A stretch of DNA of 64,000 bases from the NCBI GenBank assembly GCA_003599415.1, contig QZKB01000047.1:1832-65831 (forward strand), read 5' to 3'. This stretch comes from Ignavibacteriales bacterium (lineage in GTDB: Bacteria; Bacteroidota; Ignavibacteria; Ignavibacteriales; SURF-24). How positions within the stretch are numbered: position 1 is the stretch's first letter; every line of letters starts with the position of its first letter. Below the pieces are notes generated by a model that worked only from the letters and a program-made list of their open reading frames with translations, was not told the DNA's origin and did no database searches. Both the position numbers and the translations under genes were made by a program. Below are positions 55,434 through 64,000 of the stretch, in pieces.

Positions 55434-58400
55434 CTATTTAAGCAGAATTAATTTCCTTGTCTGAGCATAACTTCCGGCTTTTAGCTGGTAAAAGTAAATT
55501 CCGCTTGTCAGCATACTTCCTCCGCCTTCGGCGGACAGTTCTACTTCATATTCTCCTGCAGGTTGTTCTTCGTCCACGAGAGTTGCAACTTCATTACCAA
55601 GAATGTCATAGACTTTTAATGTAACAACTTGTAGAGACTGTCCGCCTGCGGTGGAATACCCTGTCTCTGCGAGTGGAATTGTATATTTTATTTTGGTAAC
55701 CGGATTAAATGGATTCGGATAATTCTGGTAAAGTTTAAATTCAGTTGGATTGGCATCTCGGTTTACGGATTCAACTTCCGTTAATGTTGAGTTTATGTAT
55801 CCTGGTGTACCATATTTGCCTGCAGCAGAAATCCAGTTACCCGGTAAATCATTATCAAGCATCGGAGCTTTCAGTTCTAATGTTGCACCGGTACCGTCAG
55901 CCTCAACGGGCCAGGAGAATTTATTATCGTAATGAACTGAATCGATAAGAAAACCATTAGAAGAATACAATCTTACAACTTCACCTTTATTATTTAGCCC
56001 GTAACCGAAATTACCTGTCTTATTCCTTACTAACGTAAAACAAGAATTGAACGAACTGGTATCTTTGCAAATAACTAAAAAATTTCTGCATCCAATCTTA
56101 GTGCCTTCAGGAAAAATAAAAGGAGACTCATCATTTTCATCTTTCAATATCCAGCCAGACAGGTTAACAAGCGTATCTTTCCTGTTGTATAACTCAATCC
56201 AATCTTCGCTATTGAATAAACCTGATGAGTTATAATTAATTTCGTTTATAATGATAAGGTTACTATCGCTGAACACTTCCTCTTCAAAGTAAGCAATTAG
56301 CAAAGAATCTTTGTCGGGTATAATTTGTAAGCACGAATTGTAAATTGTTGAATCACCATGCCTCCAGTATAAAAACCTGTAACCAAAGTAAGGCACGGCT
56401 TCAACAGTAAAAGGAATTCCTTTAAAGTATTTTCCTTTCAAACCAGGTTCGGGTATCTGCCAATTGAAAAATTTTAATTTACCAGCTTCCGTAATATTAG
56501 ATGAGATTGTAATACTAACAGTGTCACTTATTTTAAAATACTCCATCATATGTTTCCAGGAATAGTTCTGTCTTTCTCCAGCAAACTCTCTAAGTTCTTC
56601 AACATTCTCATTCCACTCCTCAACAGAATTAAATGTTGGTTCTGGAGTCCATCCAACCTCACTAAAATCGGGATCTACTTTACCGCCCCATTTGGTTATA
56701 TGTCTTGGAATTTCTTTGGCAATTATATTCTGCAGGCTATCGATATATTGAATTACATTACCAGGTTCAAAAAGCGTATTCATTAAATAAGTATAGCTCT
56801 GGATAAATTTATTTTTAAATTCTTTGTTCATTAATAATCTTCTGAACAGCAGGTTTGACCATGGTGGATTGGGCCAGCTTGGTCCGTTAGATGCTGCAGC
56901 AACAGCAATTGAATTTGTAGTTGTATAAATAAAAACCTGGTCCATATCGTAATTAATCCAGCGCCATTTTTTATAATTACCCGAGTTTGCTTTCCAGTAT
57001 CTTATGTTATTTCCAGGCCAGTCTCTTTCCGCAAGATAGATATGACCTATTTGATAGTTAATATACTGATCAACATCCATAAGTGTTTTAACATATTCAT
57101 AATGAATAGTCTGAGCCATGTCCTTGGATCTGACATAGTTCAGCATATTATTATATGCAGTGGCAGTACCGGCAATAATGTTTGCATTCCTTTCCAGCAG
57201 ATCAACTTCACTTGCCGGAACATTAAAATTCTCTTCAAAATAATGTTCATTAATTTTTTCCCTTATGTTGTGAATGCCCCAGTATTCTCCGTTTAGAAAA
57301 ACTACGGCAGGCCGAAATGCCTGGTAATCAATATCAAGTTCTTTTGACAGAATAGTGTGAGCCAACCCATCACGGAACATTGTAAAGACCTGGTCATCAG
57401 AAGAGCTTCGCAATAAAACGGATTCGAATTTATCAATATTCTTATCAGCAAAAAATTTATATTCAAATGAACCTTTACCGTAATCGCTTCGAGCAAACAG
57501 CGCCAGAGATTTTTGCGGGTATCTTGTACGCGAACAGCCGCCGAAAATTTTTATTCCAGCCAACTGATTAATTCTCTGTTCACCCGTTGATTCATAAAAC
57601 TCAAAATTAACCGGGCGTTCCCAGTCCTGGTTTACATTACGAATTTTGGGATCGCATTCGCCGTAAGTGCCGTTTGTTCCGGTAACATAAATTCCGATCT
57701 TATCATCAAAAAAGTTATCCGGGTCCGTTACAATAGAAACGACAGGAAGATTAATCTCTTCATTAATAAAATAAGTTTGCGTTACAACTTCGCTTGGAAC
57801 CATTCCTTCTGAAAATGCTTTTGCTCTTATTGCAGTAGTTGAATCCAGTTCTATTGGTTTAGTATAAAGTTCGGATGAATCATCAGGCGGAGTACCGTCT
57901 GTGGTAAACCTGATTCCCGCAGACGAATCGTTTGAGGATAAAGTTAATTGCTGATGTCCTTTATAAAATCCTCCTTTCAATGAAAAATCCGGTTCTTTAG
58001 TGAATCCATTAATATATTCTGCACTATTTATTTTTAACGGCGTTGGATGAGAGAAATATCCCCAGGAATTAATATCACCCTGAAGCCTGCCAAAAGACAT
58101 ATCATTTTTCTGCAGCCCGAATGTTATTGAATCAACCACATTACCGGAAGGATCGTACAATCCAATATATTCTCCATCCTTATCAAGTTTGAAATTTGTA
58201 TGTAGAAGAGTATCTCTGCCGTCAGCCCAGAATATTTTAGCATTTACTGAACCAATGAGTGAATGATCCGGGATTTTCCATTTGTAAGGATTTGCCGCAT
58301 CATCGGTTAAATAATACCCGGAAATATCAATTACTACCTGATTGAAATTTACTATTTCAATCCAGTCACTATACTCGGAAAAATCAAAGCTGACATTTGT

Positions 58401-58508
58401 AGAAGTGTTGGAAGCAAGAATCTCGTTGATATAAACTTTTGAAACCTGTGCGGTGCAGGTTTCCATAAGAATCCAAATACAATACAATAAAACAGATTTC
58501 GGTTTCAT
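55434..58508 (-). CDS. CotH-family protein flanked by lamin-tail (LTD) domains, T9SS cargo
   Basis: LTD-like 'VYINEILASN...DWIEIVNF...ISGYYLTDD' and 'IINEINYNS...DWIELYNR...LSGWILKDE'. CotH-like core ('GGCSRTRYPQKSL', 'FLNGEYWGIHNIREK'). T9SS tail. Confidence 0.65.
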   Translation of the reverse strand: MKPKSVLLYCIWILMETCTAQVSKVYINEILASNTSTNVSFDFSEYSDWIEIVNFNQVVIDISGYYLTDDAANPYKWKIPDHSLIGSVNAKIFWADGRDTLLHTNFKLDKDGEYIGLYDPSGNVVDSITFGLQKNDMSFGRLQGDINSWGYFSHPTPLKINSAEYINGFTKEPDFSLKGGFYKGHQQLTLSSNDSSAGIRFTTDGTPPDDSSELYTKPIELDSTTAIRAKAFSEGMVPSEVVTQTYFINEEINLPVVSIVTDPDNFFDDKIGIYVTGTNGTYGECDPKIRNVNQDWERPVNFEFYESTGEQRINQLAGIKIFGGCSRTRYPQKSLALFARSDYGKGSFEYKFFADKNIDKFESVLLRSSSDDQVFTMFRDGLAHTILSKELDIDYQAFRPAVVFLNGEYWGIHNIREKINEHYFEENFNVPASEVDLLERNANIIAGTATAYNNMLNYVRSKDMAQTIHYEYVKTLMDVDQYINYQIGHIYLAERDWPGNNIRYWKANSGNYKKWRWINYDMDQVFIYTTTNSIAVAAASNGPSWPNPPWSNLLFRRLLMNKEFKNKFIQSYTYLMNTLFEPGNVIQYIDSLQNIIAKEIPRHITKWGGKVDPDFSEVGWTPEPTFNSVEEWNENVEELREFAGERQNYSWKHMMEYFKISDTVSITISSNITEAGKLKFFNWQIPEPGLKGKYFKGIPFTVEAVPYFGYRFLYWRHGDSTIYNSCLQIIPDKDSLLIAYFEEEVFSDSNLIIINEINYNSSGLFNSEDWIELYNRKDTLVNLSGWILKDENDESPFIFPEGTKIGCRNFLVICKDTSSFNSCFTLVRNKTGNFGYGLNNKGEVVRLYSSNGFLIDSVHYDNKFSWPVEADGTGATLELKAPMLDNDLPGNWISAAGKYGTPGYINSTLTEVESVNRDANPTEFKLYQNYPNPFNPVTKIKYTIPLAETGYSTAGGQSLQVVTLKVYDILGNEVATLVDEEQPAGEYEVELSAEGGGSMLTSGIYFYQLKAGSYAQTRKLILLK
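55631..55670. repeat. GC-rich palindrome, family 2 (long form), in frame inside the CotH gene's T9SS sorting domain
   Basis: Coding-strand sequence GCAGAGACAGGGTATTCCACCGCAGGCGGACAGTCTCTAC matches the 4975-5014 segment (the 4977-5014 copy plus flanking bases) at 31 of 40 positions (hand alignment). Translated as AETGYSTAGGQSLQ. Confidence 0.8.
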
Positions 58509-58519
58509 AAATCTGTTTT

Positions 58520-60748
58520 CTATTTAATCAGGATCATCTTTCTTGAGCTAACAAATGACCCTGTCTTCAGTCTGTACAAATAAATTCCTGATGATAAATT
58601 ACCGGCATCAAATTTATAGTTATGTTTCCCCGGATTTAATTCTTTATCGGCAAGAACTCTAACTTCTTTTCCAAGCATATCATAAATCTTCAGTTCAACT
58701 TTACTTTTTTCTTTTAGTGAAAATGAAATGATTGTTTCCGGATTAAACGGATTCGGATAGTTTGTAAATAAAATTGTTTCAACAGGAACAGACAGGTTAG
58801 TAACATCAGTCGTTTTGTCTGTAAGCTGATCTTCAGGAGTATTGCCCGAATCGTAATAAGACCAGTCTGAACCAAGCTTGAAATAAATTTTGTTTGTGTT
58901 ATCAAACAGCTGAGAATCAAACAATAAACCGGGAGTTGCAGCATTACTCACGTGAATTTCCACAGCCACCACATTTTCACCATTATGAAGTTTGTCCAAT
59001 CCTTTAGCTGAATTTATAACCACCATTTTGGTCATATTCTGCGGTTCTATTGCAAGAGTATTATAAAAAACTTCTTCGTCCGTAAACATATTAATTCTTT
59101 CTACTTCATGGCCATTAAGATAAACTACAGCACCATCATTTCCCTTTATCATCAAACCAAAACCAATAAGGGATTCATAATTCTGAATTTCAAATTTCTT
59201 CCTGAAGTAAGCAGTAGTAACAGTAGCCAGTGTAGTCTTTATACCTGTTTTTCCAACTGTGCCCATAGGTGTTAAACCTGTTTTCCATGCTGATGCATCA
59301 TAACCTTGAGCCTGCCAGCTTAAAAGTATTTTTGTTGTATCAACATCAAACTGAACAACGACCGATGAGTTCATTGAGTTTCCATTCATATCTTTTGCCC
59401 TGATATAAATTGTGTACTGTTGGTTATGTTCACAGGAAATTTTAACTGAATGTTCACGTTTGCCTGTTATAGTAAAATTATTTTCCATTTCATTAAAAGG
59501 CTTATCGGCAGTGCTGTATCTTAAAGTTGAATAGGAATCTGTCATCACCTCTAAAGTATAGGTTGTATCGTAAACAGTGAAAGGTGATGCCGGCAGTTTT
59601 ACAATTTCAGGAGGAACATTATCAACATAAGGCTCCCATGCATTTATTGTATCAATTGCAGCAATTAATCTCTCGGCAATTTTATGATGAGACTCCACAT
59701 TCGGGTGACCGTTATTTACATAGCCTCCGTTATAGTAAGGAAAGTAAGTATAAAATACATCCTTGTTACCACTTTCGTTTTCTTCCTGCACAACTTGCTG
59801 TACAGTGTTCTGAATCCATTCAACGTGCGCAGCTACTGCAAGTATTTTAATTCCGGGATAAACATCTCTTATCTGCGCAATAAATTCGTGATATCTCGTT
59901 TTATATAAATCGGTTTTATCCTGGGGAACGGCTGACGAGTAACCTCCGAAACCTGAATAATCATTTAAGCCAAGACAAACAACTACTAAATTTGGAATCC
60001 ACCCTTCAAAATCCCATTTCGGATTTTCTGCAATCAATACCGTCCTGTCAAAAACATCCGGCAGGTTGCCTTGGTAATTGCCTGTATAATCAAGTACTAA
60101 TCCATAGCCAGAACGACCTGACAAAACATACTGCGCATCAAAATGTCTTGCGGTTATCGAACCAAAACCCTCATAAATATTTGTGTACTTCTCAACATTG
60201 GAAGGAGCAGAATTATCTGTCCATTCATTACCGGAAGCACAGGTAAACGAATCACCGATAAACTCAATCTTTCTGACCGGTTTTTCTTTTGGAGGAAGAA
60301 GAGTCTTGCCATCATCAAGTATAAAACCATTGAATGAAAATTTAGTCCAGCTGGTTTCACTACGCTTTACGAATAAAATTGAATGTTGTCCTTCCGGTAA
60401 ACCGGAAGCTAATGTATAAGATGATATTCCCGAATTTGTACCATGAAATACAGTCAGTATTGTATCATCGATTATAACATTGTAGTAGTCAAAATTATCA
60501 TTCAACTTAACACCTATGCTTGTACCTTCAAACTCAGCATAGATATAAACGCCGGGCCAGGAGTGAGTTGGAGCTAAAGGATCTGTAAAATCCCATCTGC
60601 CGAAATATTGTATATTGGGATCGTCAGCCGGAATTGTTGTTTGACAATAAATACTGAATGGTGAAATGAAGGAGGAAGAGAGTAAGATTAAGAATAAGAG
60701 TAAGAATGGATTTTTACATGAAGTTTGATTCTTTAGATTAGTATTCAT
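58520..60748 (-). CDS. SGNH/GDSL-type esterase with N-terminal beta-sandwich (CE2-like) and extra beta-sandwich domains, T9SS cargo
   Basis: 'IEFIGDSFTCASG' block I. 'VVVCLGLNDY' block III-like. T9SS tail 'NYPNPFNPETIISF...GIYLYRLK'. Confidence 0.55.
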   Translation of the reverse strand: MNTNLKNQTSCKNPFLLLFLILLSSSFISPFSIYCQTTIPADDPNIQYFGRWDFTDPLAPTHSWPGVYIYAEFEGTSIGVKLNDNFDYYNVIIDDTILTVFHGTNSGISSYTLASGLPEGQHSILFVKRSETSWTKFSFNGFILDDGKTLLPPKEKPVRKIEFIGDSFTCASGNEWTDNSAPSNVEKYTNIYEGFGSITARHFDAQYVLSGRSGYGLVLDYTGNYQGNLPDVFDRTVLIAENPKWDFEGWIPNLVVVCLGLNDYSGFGGYSSAVPQDKTDLYKTRYHEFIAQIRDVYPGIKILAVAAHVEWIQNTVQQVVQEENESGNKDVFYTYFPYYNGGYVNNGHPNVESHHKIAERLIAAIDTINAWEPYVDNVPPEIVKLPASPFTVYDTTYTLEVMTDSYSTLRYSTADKPFNEMENNFTITGKREHSVKISCEHNQQYTIYIRAKDMNGNSMNSSVVVQFDVDTTKILLSWQAQGYDASAWKTGLTPMGTVGKTGIKTTLATVTTAYFRKKFEIQNYESLIGFGLMIKGNDGAVVYLNGHEVERINMFTDEEVFYNTLAIEPQNMTKMVVINSAKGLDKLHNGENVVAVEIHVSNAATPGLLFDSQLFDNTNKIYFKLGSDWSYYDSGNTPEDQLTDKTTDVTNLSVPVETILFTNYPNPFNPETIISFSLKEKSKVELKIYDMLGKEVRVLADKELNPGKHNYKFDAGNLSSGIYLYRLKTGSFVSSRKMILIK

Positions 60749-60927
60749 TTTTATGTTGAAAGTTTATTGCACAGGTTTAATTTGATTAATTAAGTAATTC
60801 TTTCAAAAGTTATGCCCTTTGCAGAAGCAGTTTTCAAACCTTAAAACTGAATTAACTTAATGATCCCGCTCATCATTCATTATTGAATTGATAAGATATT
60901 ATTGTTTCGATAAACAGTGATTGAAAA

Positions 60928-61407
60928 TTATTTAAACTTCTTAGCCAAAGCTTCCTGCACGCATGGCGGAACAAAATCGCTTACATCACTTTTAAGGTTG
61001 GCAAGGTTTCTAATTAAAGATGAATTAAGGTAAGTATATTTTTCATGAGGCATTAAAAAAATTGTTGCAATATCGCCTGCAAGTTTCCTGTTCATCAGTG
61101 CCATCTGAAACTCGAATTCAAAATCACTTACAGCCCGTAAGCCACGGATAATACCAACGGCACCAACTTCACGTGCATGGTCAACAGTTAAGCCTGTAAA
61201 ATAATCCACGTAAACATTATCAAATTCTTTTAGACTTTCCTTTAACAGAAAAATTCTTTCATCAGCGGTGAATAACGTAACTGCTTTGTTTGGATTGACT
61301 GCAATAGTTACATTAACTTCATCAAAAAGATCTATTGCCCTTCTTACAATATCAATGTGTCCGTATGTAACCGGATCGAAAGTACCGGGATAAATTACTT
61401 TTCTCAT
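60928..61407 (-). CDS. coaD: Phosphopantetheine adenylyltransferase
   Basis: 'YPGTFDPVTYGHIDIVRRA', 159 aa. Confidence 0.9.
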   Translation of the reverse strand: MRKVIYPGTFDPVTYGHIDIVRRAIDLFDEVNVTIAVNPNKAVTLFTADERIFLLKESLKEFDNVYVDYFTGLTVDHAREVGAVGIIRGLRAVSDFEFEFQMALMNRKLAGDIATIFLMPHEKYTYLNSSLIRNLANLKSDVSDFVPPCVQEALAKKFK

Positions 61408-61485
61408 ATAGCACTCTTCGTAATTTCAACTGATAGAAAAATATAGAGCAGATACGAATTAAACAACATGTCTTCAGAAGTTAAT

Positions 61486-62037
61486 TCATGTAGTCTTTTC
61501 AAACTTGTAAAGAAGTGTGTCACCTATTCGTTTAAAAGGTTCTGTTCCGAATTGCTGAATGTCTTTTTCTTTTGTCTGGATTGATCTTTCAACTATAATA
61601 ATTCCTTCATCGTATAGGAAAGAATTAGCTAAAAGATTTTTCACCACATCATGAATATCATCTTTGAAGAAAGGCGGATCCGCAAGTATAAGGTGGTATT
61701 GTTTGTGGTTAGCTAATCTGGTTACCCCGATTGCTTCCATTTTATAAATGTAACACTGTTCATCAACTTTCAGATGCGAGATATTTTCACCAAGGATTTT
61801 ATAAACAGGAAAATTCTTTTCAACAAAATCAACTTTCCCTGCTCCCCTGCTCAATGCTTCAAGTCCAAGTGAACCTGACCCGGCATAAATATCGAGCACT
61901 TCAATACCATCAAAGTCAATCGTGTTATTTAAAATATTAAAAAGTGATTCGCGGACTTTATCGGTTGTTGGTCTTGTAAATTTTGAACCTGGTACCTTTA
62001 TGGTTCGGCCTTTATGTAAACCGGAGATTATTCGCAT
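61486..62037 (-). CDS. rsmD: 16S rRNA (guanine966-N2)-methyltransferase
   Basis: 'RPTTDKVRESLFNIL', 'LDIYAGSGSLGLEALSRGA', 'ILADPPF'. Confidence 0.8.
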   Translation of the reverse strand: MRIISGLHKGRTIKVPGSKFTRPTTDKVRESLFNILNNTIDFDGIEVLDIYAGSGSLGLEALSRGAGKVDFVEKNFPVYKILGENISHLKVDEQCYIYKMEAIGVTRLANHKQYHLILADPPFFKDDIHDVVKNLLANSFLYDEGIIIVERSIQTKEKDIQQFGTEPFKRIGDTLLYKFEKTT

Positions 62038-62052
62038 TATTATCTTTTATGG

Positions 62053-62967
62053 CTAAACAATTCTGAATGCAATTCCCGCAGCAGATATAAAGGAATATTG
62101 TTTACTGAACTGCATATTGCTTTCAAGTAACGATGAGTCAATTTTAATCTTGTCAAAAGGATTATGCCGTTCAATCTCTATCCTGATGTTCTTCTTTAAA
62201 TTCTCCATAAATATTTCAGTTATATCATCACCGGCAACATAAAGTTTGGAAATTGAACCAATATCTCCGCCCACGGCTATGCTGTCTTTTATAACTTCAA
62301 TTAATTTCGGAATAATCTCGCCTGCATTTTTGGGAAACAGTTTATGAAATTCAATATACTTCTCATCCTGGTAGACATTTAAGGTCACACTTCCATCACT
62401 TACGAAAAGGCTGATAATTTTTTTACCAGAACTAAAATCGGTATCTGTTTTAAGAATATTATCCGAGGCAAAATGAGGCGTATCAATATACATTAATGTC
62501 AGCTCATTTCTTGAACAGAAATCAGATGAAATTTTCATAAATTTCTTATGCAATCCGCCTACGACAACTCTGCCGGGCGTAACAGAATCAATCCTGTGAA
62601 ATTGAAAATGGAAATCCTTTATATCGTTGTATGGAAACAGGAGAGAAAATTCCCACTGAAGGTGCTCCATCAAATCGGCATCCAATAGTGTGTTTTCAAG
62701 CGGAAGTTCTGCGATGAAAAATAAATTCTGCGGGAGTGTAAAAGATACGTGTTTACCAGTCAAAGGCTTCCTGATTAAAATATCATTAAAAGCGTTCTGA
62801 AGTAAAGAACTTATCTTTGTTTCCTTTTCATTAAAATCGAGCGACTCATTAAAATAAGCTTCATCAATATTTGAGACAATAAAATCTTCACCTGCAAACG
62901 CAACTTCTACAAGCTGCATCCTGGAATTTGTAAGATTGATTCCGATATGATTATGAAAGACATTCAT
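62053..62967 (-). CDS. Hypothetical protein, possibly PilM/FtsA-like actin-fold
   Basis: Only weak resemblance: N-terminal 'IGINLTNSRMQLVEV' versus PilM 'GLDIGSSSIKLVEL'. Confidence 0.3.
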   Translation of the reverse strand: MNVFHNHIGINLTNSRMQLVEVAFAGEDFIVSNIDEAYFNESLDFNEKETKISSLLQNAFNDILIRKPLTGKHVSFTLPQNLFFIAELPLENTLLDADLMEHLQWEFSLLFPYNDIKDFHFQFHRIDSVTPGRVVVGGLHKKFMKISSDFCSRNELTLMYIDTPHFASDNILKTDTDFSSGKKIISLFVSDGSVTLNVYQDEKYIEFHKLFPKNAGEIIPKLIEVIKDSIAVGGDIGSISKLYVAGDDITEIFMENLKKNIRIEIERHNPFDKIKIDSSLLESNMQFSKQYSFISAAGIAFRIV

Positions 62968-62994
62968 AGTTTACTTCTTTTAATGATAAGATTT

Positions 62995-63486
62995 TTATTT
63001 AACGTAAATATATTTCTCAATCTTCCTGAACTTTGTCTGCTGAATTCCTTTTACGTTCATCAGTTCATCAATACTTTTATACCTGCCGTTTATTCTTCTG
63101 AACTCAATAATATTCTCTGCTGTCTTTTCACCAATACCCGGTAAATTCATCAAATCTTCTTTTACGGCAGTATTCAGGTTCAAGCTTTTTTCTTTAAGAA
63201 CAGTTTTCTTTTTTGCTTCCGGGAATTTATTTTCACTTAATCCCAGCACTTTCACTTTAACGCTGTCTTCAGTAGTAACTACATTAATTTCTTCAGGTTC
63301 TGTTGCAGATTTACCCTGGTAAAAAAGACTGTCCTCCGCTTTATAATCATATTGTTTGTAAACTGCTTTTTCAATGCTAAAGAATTTTATTATAAGTCCT
63401 GCCAGTAGAGCAATTACCACGAAGCCGGTAACTTTAAATTCAGTTTCGGTAAAACCAATAAGGTCAGAAATCTTCTTAAGTTTCAT
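62995..63486 (-). CDS. comEA: ComEA-family helix-hairpin-helix DNA-binding protein
   Basis: N-terminal TM helix. C-terminal 'LNTAVKEDLMNLPGIGEKTAENIIEFRRINGRYKSIDELMNVKGI'. Confidence 0.75.
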   Translation of the reverse strand: MKLKKISDLIGFTETEFKVTGFVVIALLAGLIIKFFSIEKAVYKQYDYKAEDSLFYQGKSATEPEEINVVTTEDSVKVKVLGLSENKFPEAKKKTVLKEKSLNLNTAVKEDLMNLPGIGEKTAENIIEFRRINGRYKSIDELMNVKGIQQTKFRKIEKYIYVK

Positions 63487-63581
63487 AAAAATATTTTTAT
63501 TGAATTTATCTTAAAGAAATATTTCCAACACTAACGGCCTAAGCATTCATTTCAGGCAGGAATGCCTGTTCAATTATTTTT

Positions 63582-64000
63582 TTAAGAAGGCACTTTAATA
63601 TTAGGCAATTCACCAAGTTCTTTCAATAAATCTTTTTCCTTTGAAGATATTTTCTTCGGAACGTGGATATTTATTTTAACAAGCTGATCGCCCGCACCAT
63701 GACGATTCAAATGCTGAATGCCCTTCTCCCGCATCTTAAGATATTTACCTGCTTCAGTGCCCGGATCAATTTTTAATTTGGCTTTTCCATTTAAAGTCGG
63801 CACTTCAACTTCACATCCAAGAACAGCTTCGGGATAACTCAAGAATAACTCGTAGATTATATTATCACCATCTCTAAGAAACAAGTTATGTGGAATCTCT
63901 TCAAACACTACAATAATGTTACCGGCATAGCCGCCTCTTTTTCCGGCATTCCCTTCTCCTCGTAAAGTCATATAGCTGCCATCCGTAACTCCGGCAGGTG
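63582..64000 (-). CDS. dnaJ: Molecular chaperone DnaJ, C-terminal part (5' end beyond window)
   Basis: 'GEGNAGKRGGYAGNIIVVFEEIPH..F.RDGDNI', 'P.L.G...L.I..GT..G', 'GAGDQLVKINIHVPKK...EKDLLKEL'. The frame stays open to the window end. Confidence 0.85.
   Translation of the reverse strand, partial: PAGVTDGSYMTLRGEGNAGKRGGYAGNIIVVFEEIPHNLFLRDGDNIIYELFLSYPEAVLGCEVEVPTLNGKAKLKIDPGTEAGKYLKMREKGIQHLNRHGAGDQLVKINIHVPKKISSKEKDLLKELGELPNIKVPS

Noticed and set aside
1-64000. Mobile elements, defence systems, CRISPR arrays, tRNA/rRNA genes.
   Set aside because: I saw no transposase, integrase or recombinase motifs, no direct-repeat/spacer arrays, no cloverleaf-like GC-rich segments of 70-90 nt in the intergenic regions, and no nuclease/ATPase gene pairs typical of defence islands.

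Overview
This is a 64-kb AT-rich chromosomal window, roughly one-third G+C by eye. Ten proteins end in 'NYPNPFNP..KIKY...GIYFY..K' T9SS sorting tails, which suggests an FCB-group bacterium (Ignavibacteriota/Bacteroidota-like; inference only). All calls come from motifs read in the ORF translations and the DNA; no searches were run. I recognised no rRNA, tRNA, CRISPR array, transposase or integrase.

Layout:
- 1-14442: six co-directional T9SS cargo genes (DUF3160-like, BNR/Asp-box propellers, a 1614-aa beta-helix/cohesin-like protein, a Cys-rich repeat protein).
- 14.6-23.7 kb: housekeeping and transport genes (lipoprotein, coiled-coil protein, EamA, CorA, POT/MFS, DUF1003, HAD, aldose epimerase).
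- 23.7-41.3 kb, all minus strand: OM barrel lipoprotein, T9SS 5'-nucleotidase, EEP-Omp85 fusion, and a PhoB/OmpR-type regulator with a polytopic histidine kinase and a kinase-less sensor paralog. These sit below a tightly packed 7-gene lipid-type biosynthetic operon: AIR-synthase-like, SDR, radical SAM, UbiA prenyltransferase, OYE flavoenzyme, alpha-oxoamine synthase, lipid kinase.
- 41.5-43.1 kb: Trp-rich leader peptide plus tandem attenuator hairpins ahead of a stand-alone trpB2.
- 43.4-53.9 kb: REC-2xAsnC-domain regulator, then a NuoE/NuoF-like pair, a 1251-aa 2Fe2S-GltD-MopB fusion, a PAS kinase and an NtrC-type activator.
- 53.9-64 kb: GAF kinase, T9SS CotH and SGNH esterase, coaD, rsmD, PilM-like gene, comEA, dnaJ (partial).

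Most notable:
- Arrays of 11-bp-phased TTnACA (Pho-box-like) hexamers lie upstream of three minus-strand units. They tie the uncharacterised lipid operon to phosphate-scavenging-type enzymes.
- Two families of GC-rich palindromes are inserted in frame at the same loop of five T9SS sorting domains.
- A classical leader-peptide attenuator precedes trpB2.
- The NuoEF plus GltD-MopB module looks like a flavin-based bifurcating complex, and its molybdopterin domain appears catalytically dead.
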